DNA of 64,000 nt, taken from positions 128,319 to 192,318 of the forward strand of contig CAWBMF010000004.1 in NCBI GenBank assembly GCA_963789835.1, in the 5' to 3' direction. This document shows positions 58,053 to 64,000 of this stretch, one piece after another; within the stretch, counting starts at the first letter, position 1, and the number at the start of each line of letters is the position of its first letter. The notes under the pieces are model-generated. The model had not been told where the DNA came from, did not search any database, and worked only from the letters and a program-made list of their open reading frames with translations. A program made the translations under genes and the position numbers. The stretch is from an uncultured delta proteobacterium (GTDB lineage Bacteria > Desulfobacterota > Binatia > Binatales > Binataceae).

Positions 58053-60795
58053 GCGGGTGCTCCCGCGCGGGGATTCTGTTCGACTTTTTCGAGCAAGGCA
58101 GCGCGCAGTTCGCGCATGCGATCGAGATCTTCGAGTTTTTTGCCCGCGCGATCGCTCACATAGAAGACGTCGAGCGCCTGGTCGGCGTTGGTCGAGATGC
58201 GCGCGAGGTGAATCCGCAGGCCGAGCCGGAAAAGCGTGTGCGTGATCGCGAACAGCAGGCCGACCCGGTCCTGGGTGAACACGTCGATGACGGTGAACTG
58301 CTCGGAGGTGCGATTGTCGACCGTAACCTCGGTCGAGACGTGGCGCACGAATTTGCGGCCGGCGCTCTGCACGTGATGCGCCGCCTCGACCAGCGCTGCG
58401 ATGTCCTGCTGGCCGGTGATAACGCGTTCGAGGTCGTGCTCGACGCGCAGCCAGCGGTCCTCTTCGAGCGCCATCGAGCTTTCGCCCATCTGATGCGAGA
58501 CGCGGAACACGTCCATCGCGATGCCGTTGGTGCGCGTGGTGATCCGCGCCGACAGGATGTTGAGATTGTTGGCGGTCAGCGCGCCCGCGATCATCGAGAA
58601 CAGTCCCGGCTGGTCGCGCGTCACGACGATGAACTCGCTGAACTCGAGGTCGGGGAAATGCCGCGTGCGGCAGACCAGCGCGCGGTCATCGAGCGAGCGC
58701 ATCAATTCGAAGTGCAGCGGAATGTCTTCTTCGGGCACGGTGAAAAAGTAGCGGTCGGGCATCTCGTTGAGGAACGCGGTGACGTCGGCCTCAGGCACGG
58801 ACACGACGAGCAAACTTTCGCGGACGGCGGCTTTGACGGTCGCGAGGCGGCGCGCTGGATCGGCGGCCTCGCGATCGCCCTGCTCGAGAACCTTGAGCGC
58901 GCGCAGGTATAGATCGCTCAGCAGCATGTCGCGCCAGTTGCTGTAGACCTTCGGGCGCCACCGCGCGCATGTCGGCGTAGGTCAGCAGGTACAGCGCCTT
59001 CAGGCGATCGATCGAGCCGACCGTGCGCGCAAATTCCTCGACCGTCGTGTGATCGTCAAGGTCACCTTTCTGCGCGACCTGCGACATCATCAGATGGTTG
59101 CGGACCAGGAACACGACCAGATCGATTTCCTCGCTGTCGAGTCCAAGGCGCTGCGAGACTTCGGCGGACAGGCTGGCGCCGCGCTCGTGATGGTCGTGGC
59201 CGTGGCCCTTGCCGATGTCGTGAAGCAGCAGCGCGAGGAATACCAGCGGCAGGTGCGGGAGCTCGCGCGCGACCTCGGTGAGCAGGGGAGTGGGATCCTT
59301 GAATTCTCCAGTGCGCAGACGTTCGAGCTCGCGCACGGCGACCAGCGAATGACGGTCAACCGTATAGATGTGGTAGAGGTCGTGCAGCACGCGCGCGTAG
59401 AGGTTGCCGAACTCGGGAATAATCGCGCCGAGCACGCCGGAGAGATGCATCGCCTCGAGGGTGTCGGCGACGCGTTGGCGCGCGGACAGAATCGTCATCA
59501 GCGCCTGGGCGACGCGCGGGTCTTTGCGCAGGTCGTCGTCGATCAAGCCCAGGTTGTCGCGCACCAGCTGGAACGTGCTGCCCGAGAGGCTGACGTTCTG
59601 CGCCTGGCAGTCGGCGTAGATTTTGATCAGCTCGATCGGATCGCGCTTGAAAAAGTCGAGCTCGGCGATGCTCAGCAGATGGCCCTGGACGATCACGCCG
59701 GGGCGAATCTTGCGGGTCGGTGTGCGTCGAAAAAATCGTCCGCCGCCCGTGTTCTCGGTGACGCGCGCGATCAGGCCTTCGGCAAAGCGTTGGATCGTCG
59801 ATGCGTGCTGGTAGTACGCGCGCATCAGGGCTGAACCCGCGGCCTGTCCTTCCTCGGGCTTGAAGCCCAACAGCGGCTCGATCCGTTCCTGCAACTCGAA
59901 GGTCATCTGATCGAAGTGGCGTCCGGTCAGGAAATGCAGCGAGTTGCGCACGCGCCAGAGGAAATCGCGCGCCTCGATTACCTCGGCCGCTTCAGGCTCG
60001 GTGATGACGGCCTTCTGCACCAGCTCTTCGAGCGAATGGACTTTGTATTTCACCTTTGCGAGCCACATCGCCGTGTGAAGATCGCGCAGGCCGCCTTCGC
60101 CTTCCTTGATTTGCGGCTCGAGCAAATAGATCGAATCGCCGTACTGGGCGTGGCGTTTGCGGCTTTCCTCGAGCTTGGTGGCGAAGAATTTGTCCTGGTT
60201 GCGATTGAGGACCTCGGCGATCAGCAGCTTGTCGAGATCGGCGTACAGCTTTTCGTCGCCGCACAAAAAGCGCGCGTCGAGAATGGCCGTCTTTTCCTTC
60301 AAGATCGTCGTTGGCGAGCCGCACGCACTCCTTCGCCGTGCGAACGCCGTGCCCGACGATGAGGCCGGCGTCCCATAGCGCGTGCAGAATTATTTCGGTG
60401 ACGATCTCGGCGTACGGACCACGCTTGTAGTCGTGCAGAAACAGCAGATCGACGTCGGATTGCGGATTCAGCTCACCGCGTCCGTAGCCACCGCGCGCGA
60501 CCACGGCGAGTTTCTGGTTGAGCTTGGGAGCGCGCCGGCCATGCTCCGCGTCTGCATATTGGAACAGCGCGCGCAGGAGATCGTCCATCGCGGCGGTCAT
60601 CGCGGCCGTGATCTCGCTGCCGCTGGCGCCGGCGAAATGACGCTCGGCCAGCTCGGCGCGGACCGATTCGAGATAGGCGCGCGCATTGATGCCGGGGGTC
60701 TTGCTGGCGACGAATTGTGCGAGCAGTGCGTCCTGCCCGCGCGGCGCGGACACGGCGACAGGCTCGGCGCGATTCGCGCCCGTGACGAGGCTCAC
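58049..60795 (-). CDS. glnD: [protein-PII] uridylyltransferase/uridylyl-removing enzyme GlnD, interrupted by two apparent +1 frameshifts
   Basis: NTase domain (ORF 59992..60795), HD domain (58791..60302) and two ACT domains (58049..58927) lie in three frames. Removing one G from the GGG run at ~58953-58955 restores the conserved ..ADMRAVAPKVYSNWRDMLL.. motif. Confidence 0.8.
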
Positions 60796-62054
60796 AAATT
60801 TCCCACGGCGAGATCGGCGTTGAAGTAGTGCACGACCGCCGTCGCGATCGCGCCGGCCATCACGTCCTGGTATTGCGCAGACGCAAGGCGGTCGGCCTCA
60901 GCGGCGTTCGACATGAAGCCGCATTCGACCAGCACGGCCGGCATATGCGCACCGACCAGCACGTAAAATGGTCCCATCTTCGCTCCCAGCGCGTTCACGT
61001 TCAGTCCAAGTCCGGCATCGAGGTCGGCGACAGTCTGCGCGTCGATCATTTTTGCAAGAGAGGCCGCTTCCGACGCCTTATAGTTCTGGCGCAGGTCGGT
61101 CAGGATGTAGTTTAAGTTGGAGGCATCCGGGGCGCCATAGCCGTCGGCGCCGCCGTTCTCCATTCGCGCCAACCGAATCGTCGCGCGGTCAGTCGTGTTG
61201 TTCAGGTAATAAACTTCGATTCCCGTGGTGTCGGGGTTCGGGCTCGAGTTGAGATGGATCGAGACGAAGAGGTCGGCGCCGGCACTGTTTGCAATCCGGG
61301 TGCGCTCGGCCAGGCTGATGAAAACGTCGGTCGAGCGCGTCAGTTCGGCGCGGATGCCGCGGGCTTCCAGAGCGGCTTTGAGACGCGTCGCGATTTGCAG
61401 GGCCAAATCCTTCTCGGCGACGCCGGCCGACGATTGCGTGCCCGGATCGTAGCCGCCGTGACCGGGATCGATCATCACGAGGAAATTCCCCGGCTGTCGA
61501 TTGTCTTCATTCACAGTGACTGGCGCGATTGGCAGCGCAACGGCAACAGCGCGAGGATTCTCCCTTGGCACAAGTACAACGAGGACGCGCGACGGATTGG
61601 GGCAGGGCGGCGCGGCGCGTCGTTGTGAACGATAATCGGCGCCGCGAGATTTGGATCGGTGTCGGCGGCCGCGACCCGCAGCACGATTTCATTTCGGTCT
61701 TTAAGCCGCGCGATCGCGTAGTCGGATTTTCCGATCACCTCGACGACGATTCGTGAGCCGCTCTCCAATTGGATCGCGCGGACGCTGACGATAGGCGCCG
61801 CTTCCTTTCCGAACAGCGGTCGCGGCGGAATCGCGATGCGCGCGTGTGGCGAGCTCGATCCATAGTTCACTGCCGTGCGTGCTGAGATCGAGCCGTGGAG
61901 TTGGACCGCTGAATCCGAAATGGAGTTCGAGTGCAGGCCCCCGACGCTCGATTCGTGCGGAGGTCAGTACCGACGGCGGAACACTGGCGCGTGCGCGGAC
62001 ACTCATCGCGCCAATCGCCGCCATCGCAAACGCAACCGCCACCAGTTTCCGCAT
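60792..62054 (-). CDS. amiC: N-acetylmuramoyl-L-alanine amidase (AmiC type: AMIN domain(s) plus amidase_3), interrupted by two apparent frameshifts
   Basis: Signal peptide MRKLVAVAFAMAAIGAMSV. AMIN-like segments in ORFs 61701..62111 and 61511..61870. Catalytic amidase_3 domain in ORF 60792..61571. Confidence 0.75.
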
Positions 62055-62130
62055 CACCGCGACATCTACCCCAGCATCAATAGGATAGCTGCGGTTTGTG
62101 GCGACCGCCACGCCACCACCCGACGCTGAT

Positions 62131-64000
62131 TTACCCTTTCCCCTTCTCCTGCTTGAGGCGGGCGGCGAGGCGGGCGAGGGCGTTCAGCGCGTCCATCGGG
62201 GTCATGCGCTCGAGGTCGAGGGCGCGCAGTTCGTCGAGCACCGGGCTCTCGCGCGGCGAGAACAGGCCAAGTTGCGGTGCGGGAGTTTTGGCGCGCCGGT
62301 CGCGGGCGATTCGCGGCATCCCGGCTTCGTCGAGTTCGCCTTGCTCGAGGTTGGCGAGAATCTCGCGCGCGCGAGTGATGATCGAATCGGGAAGTCCTGC
62401 CAGGCGCGCCACCTCGATCCCGTAACTGCGCGACGACGGCTGCTCGATCACGCGGCGCAGAAAAATCACCTCGGAGCCCCATTCGCGCACCGCCATGCTC
62501 AGGTTCTTGACCCGCGGACGCTCGCGCGCGAGGTCGGTCAGCTCGTGGAAGTGCGTGGCGAACAGCACCTTGGCGCGCGTCTGATCGTGCAGGTACTCGG
62601 CGACGGCCCACGCGATCGCCAGTCCGTCGAAAGTGCTGGTGCCGCGGCCGACCTCGTCCAGCAGCAGCAGGCTGCGCTCCGAGAGCCCCTTGAGCAGGCG
62701 CGCCGTCTCGCTCATTTCGACCATGAAGGTGGACTCGCCGCGGCGAAGTTCGTCGCGCGCGCCGATTCGCGTCAGCACGCGATCGATCAGTCCGATCGTC
62801 GCTTCGGCGGCGGGAACGAAGCTGCCAATTTGCGCCATGATTGCGATCAGCGCGACCTGGCGGAGATAGGTCGATTTGCCGGCCATGTTGGGGCCGGTGA
62901 TCAGCAGGATTTGGCGCGTGCCGGGCTCGGCGTCGAGGTCGTTGGGCACGAACTCGCCCGCGCGCATCCCGGCTTCGAGCACCGGATGGCGGCCGTCGCG
63001 CACGCGAATCCGCAGGCCGGTGTTGATTTTCGGGCGCACGTACCCGCGACGCCGCGCGACTTTGGCCAGCGACATGATCGCGTCGAATTCGCCAACGGCG
63101 CGTGCGGTTTCAAGAATTGTCGCCGCGTGCGACTGCAAATCGCGCAGCAGCTTGGTGAAGATCTGGAGTTCGAGTTCCTTGAGCGCCGATTCCGCCGTCA
63201 GGATTTTGCGCTCGAGCTCCTTGAGCGCGGGCGTGGTGAAGCGCTCGGCGCTGACCAGCGTCTGCTTGCGCTCGTAGTCGGCAGGCACGCGCTCGAGATT
63301 GGGCTTCGTCACCTCGATGTAGTAGCCGAAGATATTGTTGTAGCGGACCTTGAGCGACGGGATGCCGGTGCGCTCGCGCTCTGTCGCCTCCAGCTTCGCG
63401 ATCACGCCGCGCGCGCCTGACGCGAGGCTGCGCAGTTCGTCAACCTCGGCGCTGAGTCCCGTGCGAATCACGTTGCCCTCGCGCGGATTCACGGGCGGCT
63501 CGTCGGACAGCGTCGCCGCGATTTGCGCGACCAGCGCGGGCATCGGCGAGATTCGCGCCGCTTGCTCGCGGATGAGCGGGCTCTTGAGCGCGCTCATCGC
63601 TTGCTTGAGCGAGTCTGCCGCGCCGAGCGCGTCGCCCAGGCGAAGGCAATCCCGCGGCGACGCGCGCATCGCGCCGATTCGTCCCGCCAGCCGCTCGAGA
63701 TCGCCGATGCGCTTCAAGGACTCCGCCAGCGTGCCGCCCAGGTCGGCGTCGAACAGCTCTTCGAGCGCGTCGTGCCGCGCATGAATCGAGTCGAGTGCCA
63801 GCAGCGGATAGATGATCCAGTTGCAGAGCGTGCGCGCGCCGACTGCAGTCAGCGTCTCGTCGAGAATCGACAGCAACGAGCCTTTGCGCGCACCGTCGGT
63901 CGAGGCAATCAGCTCGAGATGCCGCCGCGTCGTTTCGTCCACCAGCATGTACTCGGCGATTTGGTAGAGACGCGGCGCCGCGATATGCGCGAGATCGCGG
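62131..64000 (-). CDS. mutS: DNA mismatch repair protein MutS (C-terminal ~620 aa; N-terminus beyond window end)
   Basis: Walker A GPNMAGKST, ..DEVGRGTSTFDG.., C-terminal HTH/dimerisation region. The ORF continues in frame past 63948. Confidence 0.9.
   Translation of the reverse strand, partial: RDLAHIAAPRLYQIAEYMLVDETTRRHLELIASTDGARKGSLLSILDETLTAVGARTLCNWIIYPLLALDSIHARHDALEELFDADLGGTLAESLKRIGDLERLAGRIGAMRASPRDCLRLGDALGAADSLKQAMSALKSPLIREQAARISPMPALVAQIAATLSDEPPVNPREGNVIRTGLSAEVDELRSLASGARGVIAKLEATERERTGIPSLKVRYNNIFGYYIEVTKPNLERVPADYERKQTLVSAERFTTPALKELERKILTAESALKELELQIFTKLLRDLQSHAATILETARAVGEFDAIMSLAKVARRRGYVRPKINTGLRIRVRDGRHPVLEAGMRAGEFVPNDLDAEPGTRQILLITGPNMAGKSTYLRQVALIAIMAQIGSFVPAAEATIGLIDRVLTRIGARDELRRGESTFMVEMSETARLLKGLSERSLLLLDEVGRGTSTFDGLAIAWAVAEYLHDQTRAKVLFATHFHELTDLARERPRVKNLSMAVREWGSEVIFLRRVIEQPSSRSYGIEVARLAGLPDSIITRAREILANLEQGELDEAGMPRIARDRRAKTPAPQLGLFSPRESPVLDELRALDLERMTPMDALNALARLAARLKQEKGKG

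Overview
High-GC (~65-70%) bacterial chromosomal window. The gene content (DUF1554, choice-of-anchor-D-like domains, Kelch, DUF4838) suggests a Myxococcota/Acidobacteriota-like organism; this is a guess from domain content only. Most of the window is housekeeping. On the + strand: guaA (partial), gltX, clpP, rmuC, clpS-clpA, dnaB. On the - strand: gshB-rsmE-prmA, leuS, an ABC exporter pair with a GT2 and apbC/mrp, scpA-scpB, a site-2 protease, xerD, glnD, an AmiC-type amidase and mutS (partial). Two RNA genes are absent from the ORF track: a bacterial type-A RNase P RNA (rnpB, ~21160..21507, +) and tRNA-Phe(GAA) (18219..18294, -). The most unusual region is 16.3-18.3 kb. Two lower-GC (~50%) mini-cassettes lie in tandem next to tRNA-Phe. 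Each ends in a direct repeat of the 3' half of tRNA-Phe (one 46-bp perfect copy, one diverged copy). Each carries a similar promoter-like motif and a GGGAGG ribosome-binding site, and encodes a small signal-peptide-bearing Cys-rich protein. The two proteins look like diverged paralogs. No integrase is present. This region lies at the right-hand end of an accessory block (~7.9-18.3 kb) of secreted proteins, lipoproteins and orphan ORFs. The block includes an extreme His/Trp-rich periplasmic mini-protein, a Kelch beta-propeller protein, two adjacent amidohydrolase-2 genes and a TauE permease. Also notable is a secreted protein with a ~230-aa Thr/Ala/Ser/Pro linker and two DUF1554-like domains. 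A triple 38-bp hairpin-containing tandem repeat overlaps a gene end. About nine +1-type frameshifts break conserved genes (glnD, amiC, a DUF4838-like gene, a TauE-like gene, the DUF1554 gene). The three junctions examined by eye (glnD, DUF4838-like) sit at short homopolymer runs, so these look like indel errors rather than real pseudogenes. I also found a local 2-nt disagreement between the printed sequence and the ORF-track coordinates near 25.4-25.6 kb. ORF-track coordinates were used for CDS calls.
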